64,000 bases of DNA. Origin: an archaeon. GTDB lineage: Archaea; EX4484-52; WAPT01. The notes under the pieces were generated by a model, which had not been told where the DNA came from, searched no databases, and saw only the letters and a program-made list of their open reading frames with translations. The stretch is from contig JAPDKB010000008.1 of assembly GCA_029258795.1 (NCBI GenBank), forward strand, positions 64,001 through 128,000, read 5' to 3'. The translations under genes and the position numbers were made by a program. Below, in pieces: positions 38,157-48,230 of this stretch (position 1 is its first letter; every line of letters begins with the position of its first letter).

Positions 38157-39080
38157 TTGCATGCAAAAAGTGTGGTGAGCGCAAAGGACTTCACAAAGAG
38201 CTGGCTGGTTGATTTCTTTTCCTTGGTTTCGCGTGTGAAGAACAACATGGATGCGTTCAGAAACAAGCTTGATGGGAAGCTCGCTGCCCTTCTGTTCTTC
38301 GAGCCATCAACCAGAACTCACGAAAGTTTTAGAGTGGCTGCATTGAATTTGGGTATGGACATATGCGGGTTTGCCGATCCCAAAGCGAGTTCTGTGGCAA
38401 AGGGCGAGTCCTTGATGGACACTGTGAAAATGTTCGTTGGATATGGAGTTGATGTAATAATAATGAGACACGGGAAGGCAGGAGCAGTAAGATATATAGC
38501 TGAGAGAGTCAACATTCCTGTGATAAACGCTGGAGATGACAGTAATGAGCATCCCACACAGGCGTTGCTCGATACCTACACCATTCATGAAGCTTTCGGC
38601 AAAATCGACGGGCTTAAGGTCGGGATGATAGGTGACCTCCGCTACGGAAGGACGGTGCCTTCATTGGCTTACGCTCTGTCCAATTTCGATGTGGAGATGC
38701 ATTTCATAGCTCCTCCAGCCCTGATGCTCAGGGAGCACGTGCGCATGTTTCTGGAGGAGAGAGGCGCAGATTTTCACGAGCATGATGTTTCATCTCTTTC
38801 CTCCATTCTGCCAGAGCTTGATGTGCTTTATGTAACGAGAATTCAGAAGGAGAGGATACCTGATGAGATGGAATACGAGAAGGTAAGGAGGAGTTACACT
38901 GTAACGCGGGAACTGCTGAAAAATGCCAAGGAGAGCTTGATTGTTATGCACCCATTGCCCAGAGTTGATGAGATAAGGTCAGAGGTTGATGGGACAAAGC
39001 ACGCTCTTTACTTCAGGCAGGCATCCAACGGCATGTATGTCAGGATGGCTCTCCTGTATTCCATCCTAAAGGAGGGATAG
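38157..39080 (+). CDS. pyrB: aspartate carbamoyltransferase catalytic subunit
   Basis: FFEPSTRT, HPTQ, GDLRYGRT, TRIQKER, MHPLPR. Confidence 0.96.
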   Translation: MHAKSVVSAKDFTKSWLVDFFSLVSRVKNNMDAFRNKLDGKLAALLFFEPSTRTHESFRVAALNLGMDICGFADPKASSVAKGESLMDTVKMFVGYGVDVIIMRHGKAGAVRYIAERVNIPVINAGDDSNEHPTQALLDTYTIHEAFGKIDGLKVGMIGDLRYGRTVPSLAYALSNFDVEMHFIAPPALMLREHVRMFLEERGADFHEHDVSSLSSILPELDVLYVTRIQKERIPDEMEYEKVRRSYTVTRELLKNAKESLIVMHPLPRVDEIRSEVDGTKHALYFRQASNGMYVRMALLYSILKEG

Positions 39081-39081
39081 G

Positions 39082-39564
39082 ATGAAGGATGGTGAGTTAC
39101 TTGTAAGGAAGATAAATGAGGGTGTGGTGATAGACCACATAAGAGTGGGGAGAGGTAAGATTATTTTGAGCATGCTCGGCGTGGATGAGAAGTACAGGTT
39201 CGTGCTGGTTTCGAATGTTGAAAGCAGGAAGCTCGGCAGAAAAGATCTCATAAAGGTGGAGGGCTGGTTTCCGAAAAAGGAGGAGATGGAGATAATAGCC
39301 CTGGTTTCGGGAGAGGTCACCATAAACATAGTGAAGAATAATGAAGTTGTGGAAAAGTTCAAGGTGAGTCCTCCTTCAAGGGTGGAGGGCTTTGTCAAAT
39401 GCAGGAACCCTAGATGCATAACCAACGATGAGAGGGAAAAGGAGTTTGTGAAACCTTTACTGGAGAAGGTAAGTGGCTCGCCCCTCATTTATTCATGTCA
39501 TTATTGCGACGTCAGGATGGATGAGAGTGAGATTCTGCGCAACCTCACAGTTTCAGGGAGGTGA
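39082..39564 (+). CDS. pyrI: aspartate carbamoyltransferase regulatory subunit
   Basis: GVVIDHI, KDLIKVE, CRNPRCIT, CHYC. Confidence 0.95.
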   Translation: MKDGELLVRKINEGVVIDHIRVGRGKIILSMLGVDEKYRFVLVSNVESRKLGRKDLIKVEGWFPKKEEMEIIALVSGEVTINIVKNNEVVEKFKVSPPSRVEGFVKCRNPRCITNDEREKEFVKPLLEKVSGSPLIYSCHYCDVRMDESEILRNLTVSGR

Positions 39565-40402
39565 GCAGTTTTCTTGCTTCACCCCACCTCCTCGCTTTTC
39601 CGAAAGCGGAAAGGTAAGCGGTCACATATTTCCATGGTGTGCAATCGAAGGCAGGATTCAAAATTTCCACATTCTTTCCTAACTCCTTCGGGTTTATTAT
39701 TTCGGCAGGAGACCTCATCTCTATCTCCAGCTTCTCAATCCTTTTGTCAACCTTCAGAACATCTCCCACAAAGTAACATGGCTTCCTTATCTCTTTTGCA
39801 AAGACCGCCATCATGCACGTGCCCACCTTGTTATATATCCCCTCCCTCCTTACGGCATCACACCCGAACATGAACTTGGTGATCTCATCCTTAAAATGAC
39901 TCAAAGCTGTGTCCACCACGTAAATCACTTTGATGCCTGCTTCGCTCAACTCTCTCGCTGTTATGATGCCCTGCATTTTGGGTCGGGTTTCCGTCACGAT
40001 GACGGTAAATTCCTTGCCCTGCTTTCTCGCCTCCTTGAGAAGGGCTACGAGTTCGCTTGAATGGCAGTGTGTAGCAATAACCTCTCCATTTTTTATTATG
40101 TGGTGCCACTCCTTCCCAATGTTTTGTGCTACGTTTTTCAGGTAGGAAATCAGCTTTTCAACATCCTCCAGCTTTTCTGCTTTTTTTGCCAGCTTCATCG
40201 CGTTGTAAAGCACGGATTGTGTGGGTCTCAATGCTGCAAGTTCATCCGCAAGTTTGGAAAAACCTTCATCAAAGCTATGGATGGAAGCGTAGTCCCTGAG
40301 AAGCTGGAGGCATGCAATTGTTATGTTTCTCGCGCCCTGAATCTTCAGCTCTTTGATGTCGTGCACCACCACTCTTACCTTTTTTCTGAGCTTCTCGTCC
40401 AT
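39545..40402 (-). CDS. eIF-2B alpha-like / ribose-1,5-bisphosphate isomerase family
   Basis: IQGA, RPT, THCHS, ETRP, NKVGT, NPAFD. Confidence 0.85.
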   Translation of the reverse strand: MDEKLRKKVRVVVHDIKELKIQGARNITIACLQLLRDYASIHSFDEGFSKLADELAALRPTQSVLYNAMKLAKKAEKLEDVEKLISYLKNVAQNIGKEWHHIIKNGEVIATHCHSSELVALLKEARKQGKEFTVIVTETRPKMQGIITARELSEAGIKVIYVVDTALSHFKDEITKFMFGCDAVRREGIYNKVGTCMMAVFAKEIRKPCYFVGDVLKVDKRIEKLEIEMRSPAEIINPKELGKNVEILNPAFDCTPWKYVTAYLSAFGKARRWGEARKLLTSLKL

Positions 40403-40447
40403 GTTTTTTCATTGTGGTGAAATCAAAATATAAAGAATTGCGGTAAA

Positions 40448-41098
40448 ATGATGATTATGGTTATATTCAAGGACAGGGCGGAAGCGGGGAGGATGCTTGC
40501 TGAGAAGCTTTCGGAGTATAAGGGTAGGGAGGACGCTGTTGTCTGCGGGATAACGAGAGGGGGTGTCGTTGTGGCTGCTGAAGTAGCAAGAATTCTTTCT
40601 CTTCCGCTTTTGCCCGTGGTAATGAAAAAGATAGGAGCACCCTTTAACAAAGAATTTGCGATAGGTAGTGTGGATGCTGATGGAAACGTTTATCTGAGCG
40701 ATGAAGCTATGATGATCACCTCTTCCAACTACATTGAGGAGGAAGCGGAGAGGTTGAGGGATGAGATCAAGGAAAAGCTGGAGTATTATGGTGTGAAGGG
40801 GGAGGTTGTGGAAAGGATGGCGAAGGGGAAGGTCTGTATAGTGGTGGATGACGGTGTTGCCACCGGCCTCACAACGGTTGGTGCATCCAATTATCTCAAA
40901 AGAAAAGGCGCCAAAAAAGTTGTTCTTGCGGTGCCGGTTGCTCCTGCGGAAAGTGCGGACAAGCTGAAAGAGCATTTTGATGAGGTTGTTGTGGTGCATG
41001 CGCCCCAACAATTCTATGCAGTCAGCCAGTTTTACAGGAACTTCGAGCAGGTGAGTGATGAAGAAGTTAGAAGGATTCTTGAGGAACTGAAGTCATGA
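40448..41098 (+). CDS. phosphoribosyltransferase family protein
   Basis: [33 protein letters not shown]. Confidence 0.88.
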   Translation: MMIMVIFKDRAEAGRMLAEKLSEYKGREDAVVCGITRGGVVVAAEVARILSLPLLPVVMKKIGAPFNKEFAIGSVDADGNVYLSDEAMMITSSNYIEEEAERLRDEIKEKLEYYGVKGEVVERMAKGKVCIVVDDGVATGLTTVGASNYLKRKGAKKVVLAVPVAPAESADKLKEHFDEVVVVHAPQQFYAVSQFYRNFEQVSDEEVRRILEELKS

Positions 41099-42115
41099 GA
41101 ACGAAAATAGGGTTTTCTGTGCTTTTGCCTTCTCAGCTTCCTCAAGCTTGGCGAGAGCATTCTCTACCCTTTCCTGCGAGAACTCGTGCTCATCAACCAG
41201 AATCTTGATTATCTTTTCTTTATCAAGCTGTGGAAACTCTATCTCAACATCCTCTACCGGAGGGTTCATGAAAAATTCAAAGATTGCGTGGGGGTCAACA
41301 TCATGCTCCCATTTAACATGGATGAGGATGCGATCCAGCGTTCTGTAGGTTTTCACAAGCTGCAATGCTTTTTTCGGTCCTATGCCTTTCACGCCTTCAG
41401 GATTGTAGTCCGTTCCGATAAGAATTCCCATTATTATGAGCTCTTCCCTGCTTATTTTCAACGTGTTGAGCACCTCCTCCAGCTCTATGAGCTCGGGATG
41501 CACCTCCTTGTAGTAAGGCTTGCCCGGAACCTTCCTCTTACCCGTTATGTTCAGATTTCTGACAAGCCTCGGAGAGCCAAAAAGCAAGGAATCCATGTCT
41601 TGGCTCACGGAAGCGTATGCCTGACCCTTCCTCACGAGGTGTGCGGCTTGCGCTTCCCCCTCAGACGGGGCCTGCACAACCGCTATGCCCATGGCCTGCA
41701 GAAGCTCCTTCGATTCCTTCACCATCTCTTCATCCAAACTTACGGCTGCCTGCGCGTATTTCCTAGCTTCCTCCAGATCTCCTGCTTCCAGAGCTTCCTT
41801 CCATTTCTGTGCGGCTTCCTGCCTTATTCTCTCCCTCTCCTCTATCGTTTTTTCCTTGAAGGTTGGTTTCTCTCCGTCGAACACATAAACCAGCTTCAAA
41901 CCCTTCTCAAGCAAATTAACATTTCTGTAGAACAGGCCGGAAAGATGGGATGTTATGCGCCCTTTAGAATCTTTTAGTGGTGTGCCGTCAGCCTGCCTTA
42001 TTATGCTGAGAAATTGATAGATTGCGTTGAAGGCATCAACAGCCAGAACCTTGTGGGCAAGATCCTCGATCTTTATCTCTCTCTTCGGCACGATCTCGCT
42101 TATTTTGACGCCCAT
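41093..42115 (-). CDS. fen: flap endonuclease 1
   Basis: MGV, YQFL, TSHLSG, EGEAQA, GTDYN, C-terminal PIP box QKTLFSF. Confidence 0.96.
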   Translation of the reverse strand: MGVKISEIVPKREIKIEDLAHKVLAVDAFNAIYQFLSIIRQADGTPLKDSKGRITSHLSGLFYRNVNLLEKGLKLVYVFDGEKPTFKEKTIEERERIRQEAAQKWKEALEAGDLEEARKYAQAAVSLDEEMVKESKELLQAMGIAVVQAPSEGEAQAAHLVRKGQAYASVSQDMDSLLFGSPRLVRNLNITGKRKVPGKPYYKEVHPELIELEEVLNTLKISREELIIMGILIGTDYNPEGVKGIGPKKALQLVKTYRTLDRILIHVKWEHDVDPHAIFEFFMNPPVEDVEIEFPQLDKEKIIKILVDEHEFSQERVENALAKLEEAEKAKAQKTLFSFS

Positions 42116-42158
42116 GAATTAAGTGTGGGAAGGAAAGATTTAAATGAGAATTCTCATT

Positions 42159-43403
42159 TCAGGCGGGACAGGAATAGGCAAGAGCAACATAGTCCCCTGT
42201 GGTCACAGGCTGGTTATTTGAATCTGCAAAGGTTATGTCGGTAAAGGCTGATTCTAATGTTGCGGATAGGGTTGCGCAGTTTCCAACTTTAGTGGTAGAA
42301 TATATTGCCTCACGTATGCAGTGTTTTGTTGTGGCATCGTATATTGGATGGTCAGCAGGACAGTAAACACAAACATTATCCACATCGTCTTCCTGAATGA
42401 AAACTTCTCCAGCTTCAGTGGGTGGGCAGCGGGGTGTTTTGTAGCACACTTTATCTTCTTTGTCGAATTTCGGATAATCAGATGGGCATTTATAACATTT
42501 TCCATTAAGTGCTACATACCCATTTGGGCAGCACCAATATCTCTCTCCTATGTTCGTGGTAAAACTTCCGTCACAATAATATCCGGACGGACAATAAATA
42601 TAGAGATAACCAAAAAATGATGGGTCTTCTATTTTAAAACATATTTCCGCACCACTCGGTACACAACCTGGTGCACCACAGGAAGGTGATCGTAAGGCAT
42701 TTACAATATCAGAAGGGTTCATGTCGTTCCTAGATTTCGTGATCCTCGGTACGGGATCTGCCCCTATAATTAGTTTTGTGGGAGGATTGGCTCCAAAATC
42801 GCACACCGTTATCTTCACATTACAACCTGCCTTTGGAAGAGAAAGAGGTATAGTCGATATTCCCGCATTTGAGCCATCATCCTTGAAAATTATCACACCC
42901 TGCAACGGCATGCTTCCGCCTGTTGTTCCTCCTGCGGCAAGTAGATCAGCCGCATCATAACCATCAAGCTTATCGGCATTCAATCCAGTAGATACATCCC
43001 CGCTCGCGTCAATTGTCACAGTGCCACCGTTCAAAATCAGGTTTCCGCTCGAGTCTTCTCGGACGGATGAAGAGGTGAGAGTGTCCGGATCATCCCACTT
43101 GGCGAGGAAGTTTGATGTGCCAGAACCATCGATACCGGAGGTGCCTGCGGGTATTGACGAGCACACCTTACCTGACGCGTCAAAACCAGAAACAAAGCTA
43201 CCTGTGGGGCACGCGCCCAGTGAGCTCCAGTTGATCACGTTCGCTGCTATTTTTTCGCCATCAGGGGAGATTGGTTGGCCGTTTCTTGTGAGTATTTCAT
43301 CTAGGTAGTGGTATACTTGGGAATGAGAAGCGTTTACGATCACAACAACGACTGAAAGAATTACGATACTAGAAATGAACAACAAACGATCATATCTCAT
43401 CAT
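42159..43403 (-). CDS. secreted surface protein with LNADKLDG motif and Cys-rich C-terminus
   Basis: signal peptide, GSGTSNFLAKW, LNADKLDGYDA, repeated C-P-x-x-Y motifs. Confidence 0.75.
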   Translation of the reverse strand: MMRYDRLLFISSIVILSVVVVIVNASHSQVYHYLDEILTRNGQPISPDGEKIAANVINWSSLGACPTGSFVSGFDASGKVCSSIPAGTSGIDGSGTSNFLAKWDDPDTLTSSSVREDSSGNLILNGGTVTIDASGDVSTGLNADKLDGYDAADLLAAGGTTGGSMPLQGVIIFKDDGSNAGISTIPLSLPKAGCNVKITVCDFGANPPTKLIIGADPVPRITKSRNDMNPSDIVNALRSPSCGAPGCVPSGAEICFKIEDPSFFGYLYIYCPSGYYCDGSFTTNIGERYWCCPNGYVALNGKCYKCPSDYPKFDKEDKVCYKTPRCPPTEAGEVFIQEDDVDNVCVYCPADHPIYDATTKHCIREAIYSTTKVGNCATLSATLESAFTDITFADSNNQPVTTGDYVALAYSCPA

Positions 43404-43428
43404 GTTGGTTTAATCTTGCTCTGTGAAA

Positions 43429-44016
43429 TTATATATGTTTTTTCATCTCCCTCCATTCTTCAAAAGTCAGGACTTTCCCCACAATGTGCCCTCTGCTTAT
43501 GTAGCCAAAGAAGCGGGAATCGAAGGAATCCTCTTCATTCACCTCTTCTCCAAGCACCAGAAAGCTGTTGGCAGGAATTTTTCCGTTCTGTAAAGGAATG
43601 CTCAAAATCTTCTTTGCTCTCTCCGAGAACACATATGGCTGGTTGTTGCTGTTCCGGAGCAGGTTTCCGTTCAGGAACAGGTGAACTCCCTCGAATCTCA
43701 CTTCATCTCCCGGCAAGCCGACAATCCTCTTAACGAAAATCTCAGTTCTTGTCTTGAACTTTATGGCCACGATATCCCCTCTCCTTACAGGATTGCAGTC
43801 ATAATAACCACGCAGCAAAACCACTTCCTGTCCGTTCATTAAAACTGGTTGCAGGGATGTTCCTCTCACCCTGTGTTCCTCAGCCGTCACACAACTCATA
43901 TTGATGCTTGTCCAGCTATCCGCACTATTTTGTGGCTTTCCGTGCAGGACGTAAGTAAAGGTAAACCACGCAGTCATAACCAGCAGCAAAATTGCAACGA
44001 TAATTTTCAATCTCAT
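43429..44016 (-). CDS. signal peptidase I (S26)
   Basis: GTSLQP (Ser), FVKRIVGLPGD (Lys), DSRFFG. Confidence 0.88.
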   Translation of the reverse strand: MRLKIIVAILLLVMTAWFTFTYVLHGKPQNSADSWTSINMSCVTAEEHRVRGTSLQPVLMNGQEVVLLRGYYDCNPVRRGDIVAIKFKTRTEIFVKRIVGLPGDEVRFEGVHLFLNGNLLRNSNNQPYVFSERAKKILSIPLQNGKIPANSFLVLGEEVNEEDSFDSRFFGYISRGHIVGKVLTFEEWREMKKHI

Positions 44017-44061
44017 TGTTTTGAAATAGCGGGTTAAAACGATAAAAAAGTTGTCAACCAG

Positions 44062-44502
44062 ATGAGTTCCATGATGGATGTTAAAAGGAAAAAGCGGTAT
44101 GAGCAGAAACTCGACGAGCTTATCGACAGGCTGGAGTTCATACAGGAAAACCTGCCAGCCAAGAGAGAATTTCTGGAAAACAGGATAATCAGGAAAGCAC
44201 TCTACAAAGAGTTTCAGGAAGCCGTGGAGATCGTTTCTGATATAGCAGCCATGATGGTGAAGGATAACGGGAAACTTGTGAAGGATGACTACTCAAACCT
44301 GGAAGCTTCGGCCAAAATTTTGGGACTGAAGGGAACAACGGTTGAACTCCTGAAGCGTGCTCACGGCTTGAGAAATGTGCTCGTGCACGAGTACAACGGT
44401 ATAGTGGATGAGATGGCCTATGATGCTATAAGGGAAGTTTTACCTGCAATTGAGACATTTTTCAAAAGGGTGGAAGAATGGTTGAGGAGCTGGAAAAGCT
44501 GA
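44062..44502 (+). CDS. HEPN (DUF86) RNase toxin
   Basis: RNVLVHEY (R-x4-H-x-Y). Confidence 0.88.
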   Translation: MSSMMDVKRKKRYEQKLDELIDRLEFIQENLPAKREFLENRIIRKALYKEFQEAVEIVSDIAAMMVKDNGKLVKDDYSNLEASAKILGLKGTTVELLKRAHGLRNVLVHEYNGIVDEMAYDAIREVLPAIETFFKRVEEWLRSWKS

Positions 44503-44867
44503 AGGAGAAAATTGCAAATGACTTCTCGTTCCTGCTGAACGATGTGCTGGGCGTAATCCTTTTCGGTTCGGTCGTGATGAACAAGAGCACACCCCGCTCC
44601 GATATAGATGTGTGTGTGGTCGTCGGCACAACATCCAAAAGTGAGGTCAAGAGGATATTCGATAACATTCTCAGCTCTGGTGTCACGCAGCGATACGATG
44701 TGAAAATATTTGAAATGCTTCCGCTCCACCTGAAAGGAGAAGTGCTGGAGAATGGAGTAATTGTTGCAAGCAAGGATGAGAGAGAACTGAGCTACTACCT
44801 CCATAAGTACAGAAAGATGTGGCAGGATCATGAAATCAAGATGAAGAAGCTCGGAATAAAACCATGA
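44478..44867 (+). CDS. MNT minimal nucleotidyltransferase antitoxin
   Basis: LFGS-x10-DID motif. Confidence 0.88.
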   Translation: MVEELEKLKEKIANDFSFLLNDVLGVILFGSVVMNKSTPRSDIDVCVVVGTTSKSEVKRIFDNILSSGVTQRYDVKIFEMLPLHLKGEVLENGVIVASKDERELSYYLHKYRKMWQDHEIKMKKLGIKP

Positions 44868-44891
44868 AAGAAATCCCACATGATAATTTTT

Positions 44892-45792
44892 TTAGCGATA
44901 CCAGCAATACACTGTATGATACACACTTTCTGTTGCTGCACTAGAACACGACCGCTGAAATTCTATGTTTCTGGTGCTCGGATCCACAAAAAGTGTGAAC
45001 ACGTAAAAACCCCAGCCGTAACAATATTCCTGTGTGTCCACTTTATTCACATAAGTGAATCCGTTACCTGAAAAAGTAATCAGATCAGTAGCCGAAAAGA
45101 TAACGTATTTCCCACACTTGATGTGAAGAGTACAACTGCTACCATCATTAGCCGTTGTAGTATAAATGAACAATCCCGTTCCAGCACCAGGGTTAATACA
45201 GCAAATTAGTTGTTTTGCAGCCGAAGGTAACGCCCCAATGACCTTTGTTCCTGTTTCAGTTCCGCTAAAACTTGCACTCCCAAGAAGTTTCCATGGAGTC
45301 GATACATCGGCAAATGGATGATCGTAACAGGAGGTTGCTGGAGTTCCAGCAGCAAGCAAGTCACTTGCCTCATACCCATCAAGCTTGTCGGCATTTAAGC
45401 CAGAAGAAATCCCTCCGCTTGAATTTATTGTTACAGTGCCGCCGTTTAAAATCAGGTTTCCTTCTGAGTCCTCTCGAACGGATGAAGATATCAGCGTATC
45501 TGAATCACTCCATTTAGCCATGAAGTTTGAAGTGCCTGAGCCATCAACCGGTGGGAGGGAGCCATATTTTGCCCTGCGAATTAAATCCGGATACGAAGCT
45601 TCCGGAGGGGCATGTGCCTAAAGAGCTCCAGTTGATCACGCTTGAAGTTATTGTTTCTCCGTTGGCGGAGATGGGTTTTCCGCTTTTTGTTATTATTTCG
45701 TCGAGGTAGTGGTAGACTTAGGGGTGGGAGAAGTTTGTGACAGCCATGACAGTAAGTGCTGTAGCTAATATCCACATTAACGTTTTTTTCAT
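44892..45792 (-). pseudogene. disrupted paralog of the 42159-43403 surface protein
   Basis: from ATG 45792: MKKTLMW...FSHP*VYHYLDEII...INWSSLGTCPSGSFVSGF; TAA at 45718-45720 where the paralog has CAA; frameshift near 45550-45570; C-terminal ORF 44892..45521 intact. Confidence 0.8.
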
Positions 45793-45850
45793 GATCTTTT
45801 TCCTGAGTTAGAAAGTTATATAATTTACGTCCCGGGTACGATGCAAAATT

Positions 45851-47404
45851 TCACTTTTCCTTCAACCCCTCCTCCGTTACCTCTCCCACCACATCATCCT
45901 CCAGCTTTTTGCCTGTTTTCTTCTCCCACTCCTCCACGCTCATACCGTACTGTTCGTTTATCTTATCCCTGTAAACCTCGGGGAACACGTTGTAAGTACA
46001 GAATGGGATTATCCTGCCGTCGGGAGTGGCATAATGAATGCAGCACCTCTTGACACGCTCTATATCATAGTTGTAGGGATCCTGAAAGTGCATCATACCT
46101 ATGAAAAGGGCTTTCCAGTGGAACTCTCCCAAGCTGGAGTAGTCAGCGTTCCTGAAAATATCGGTCAGTATCTTCTTTATATCCATCCCTTTCGGCGCTT
46201 TCTCCTGATCAACAACTTTATTCAGCCCCGCTATCAGCTTGGCAAGAGCTTTGGCTTTTCCTATCTTACTCTGCAAATTCTCCTGAGCCATTGAGTTGAG
46301 CAGGGTGATGAAGCCCGGCACATCTATGAAATCAGTTATGGGTATAATGCCACGTGAATCATCAAGGAAAATGTATGTAGCCATACCGCAGTGTGGATGG
46401 GTGGTGAACTCAACCTGAGGCGCTCCTTTCACAGCTTCGACAAATCTTGAGACGGGCACTACCGTTGGTACGGGATAGAAGGCATTGGCTGGAATCTTTC
46501 CGTTTGTTTGTTCTTCAATCCCATGAATGACATCGGGAATTGTGATGCGCATCTTCTCCCTCATCTTTGCGGGCATGCTCCCCACGAACGAAACGGGCTG
46601 GAAGTTCACACCTCTAACTATGTCTATGTTCTTAACGGCAAACTCGATTATCGCCCCGAGCTCGTGATCGTTAACTCCTTTTATCACAGTTGGTACAAGC
46701 ACCACAGGCATCTTCGCATCTCTCAGAGCATCAAGAATGGCGGGAATGTATTTGTGGTTTTTGGGGTTTGTCTTTTCAGTCACACCGTCAAAGCTCAGAT
46801 AAACCACGTTAACTCCAGCCTTCCTGAACTCTTTTGCAAGTTCTGGTTCTCTCGCAAATCTCAAGCCATTCGTGTTTAGCTGGATGTGAGAAAAGCCAAG
46901 CTTTTTGGCTTCCTTAACGATCTCTATCATATCATCTCTCATCAAAGGTTCTCCGCCCGTGAACTGAACAGCTGGAGTTGGCACTGGTTTGTTTGACCTC
47001 AGAACCTTCAGCATGTCCACTATAACCTCAAAATCGGGCTCGTAAACATAGCCCTGCGCTCCTGCATTTGCGAAACAGTACCAGCATCTCAGGTCACAGC
47101 GGTTGGTCACGAACACATTCGCAAGTACCGTGTGGCTTTTGTGGAAGTTGCACAGTCCGCACGCCCAGGGGCATGCATCCTCACTCGAAGCTTTTATCTT
47201 CGGATTTTCCACTCCTCTTCCATCGTTAGCATACTTCTTTGCCTGCAGGTACATGTAGTAGTCGCTCCAGTAAACTTCCTTGAACTCGCCGTGTTCCTCA
47301 CATCTCTTTATTATGTAAACTTTACCCCCTTCCTCAACTATATCGGCTGAAAGAACACGTTTGCATTCCGGACATACCGACTTGGTCTTGCCTATAATCC
47401 GCAT
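45851..47404 (-). CDS. tes: tetraether lipid synthase (Tes/GDGT-MAS)-like radical SAM protein
   Basis: N-terminal SVCPEC..CEEHG, CPWACGLCNFH, CDLRCWYC, HPHC, MHFQD, RCCIHY..IIPFC. Confidence 0.85.
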   Translation of the reverse strand: MRIIGKTKSVCPECKRVLSADIVEEGGKVYIIKRCEEHGEFKEVYWSDYYMYLQAKKYANDGRGVENPKIKASSEDACPWACGLCNFHKSHTVLANVFVTNRCDLRCWYCFANAGAQGYVYEPDFEVIVDMLKVLRSNKPVPTPAVQFTGGEPLMRDDMIEIVKEAKKLGFSHIQLNTNGLRFAREPELAKEFRKAGVNVVYLSFDGVTEKTNPKNHKYIPAILDALRDAKMPVVLVPTVIKGVNDHELGAIIEFAVKNIDIVRGVNFQPVSFVGSMPAKMREKMRITIPDVIHGIEEQTNGKIPANAFYPVPTVVPVSRFVEAVKGAPQVEFTTHPHCGMATYIFLDDSRGIIPITDFIDVPGFITLLNSMAQENLQSKIGKAKALAKLIAGLNKVVDQEKAPKGMDIKKILTDIFRNADYSSLGEFHWKALFIGMMHFQDPYNYDIERVKRCCIHYATPDGRIIPFCTYNVFPEVYRDKINEQYGMSVEEWEKKTGKKLEDDVVGEVTEEGLKEK

Positions 47405-47468
47405 GGTATCACAGCGTTATTTAATGTGCAGGAAATCTTTAAGTAATTTCCGATAAAGGCAAAAGCCG

Positions 47469-47729
47469 TTATATAAGGGTCACACTTATGGTTTCCACAT
47501 CACCCGCTCCTTCTATGGATTTCAGCTTTTCCTCGAGTTTTTCCACCACGCCACCCTCATCAGCAACCAAAAACACAGCTTCTATGGCTTTCAAACCAAA
47601 CGCGACAGGCACGACTTTTATGTCCTTAAGTTCAAGACCCATCCCCTCGATTTCATTCTTTATTTTGTCAACATCCACCTCGACGCTCTCCGGCATTATC
47701 CTCATACTCACTGCCACTTTCCTGCCCAT
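47469..47729 (-). CDS. ef1b: translation elongation factor 1-beta
   Basis: IMPES, PVAFGLKA, E..L. Confidence 0.92.
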   Translation of the reverse strand: MGRKVAVSMRIMPESVEVDVDKIKNEIEGMGLELKDIKVVPVAFGLKAIEAVFLVADEGGVVEKLEEKLKSIEGAGDVETISVTLI

Positions 47730-47754
47730 ATCTCACACCTCTACCCTGTTTAAT

Positions 47755-47934
47755 TCACGGCCCCACAAAACCGCACGCGGGACATTTATATTCGTTAACA
47801 AGAACCTTGCACTTCTCGCATCTGATTATCTTTGCCTCTCCGCAGGACGGACATGGAAATTCCACAAAATTTTCACCTGCTCCTATAACACCATTACACG
47901 ATGTGCAGCGCTTTATCGTCATTTCCTTCGCCAT
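47755..47934 (-). CDS. DUF1610 / HVO_2753-like zinc-finger protein (not in ORF track)
   Basis: hand translation MAKEMTIKRCTSCNG...FPCPSCGE..IIRCEKC...YKCPACGFVGP*; usual position upstream of EF-1beta. Confidence 0.88.
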   Translation of the reverse strand: MAKEMTIKRCTSCNGVIGAGENFVEFPCPSCGEAKIIRCEKCKVLVNEYKCPACGFVGP

Positions 47935-48045
47935 TTCGATTCACCTCGCTAAGCATGATGCGAAAAAGGACAACTAATTTAACAGGGGGAAAATTTATAA
48001 ACATTTTTAGCTTTTCTCCAAAAAGAAGTTGTAAGAGAAATTGGT

Positions 48046-48148
48046 GGACCCGTAGTTTAGCCTGGACAGAATGGAGGCTTGCGGAGCCTCTGACCCGGGT
48101 TCAAAAGAACTGTGTTATCTCGTTCTGAAAATCCCGGCGGGTCCGCCA
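48046..48148 (+). tRNA. tRNA-Arg(GCG) with ~26-nt T-loop intron (~48105-48130)
   Basis: GGACCCG/CGGGTCC, GAGGC-TTGCGGA-GCCTC, CCA. Confidence 0.92.
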
Positions 48149-48230
48149 CCGCGCTTTTTTCAAAATTGTGCCATTGGGAGCCATCACTTATATATATTTT
48201 TAAGAACTCAAACAATAATGAGGTGATGGC

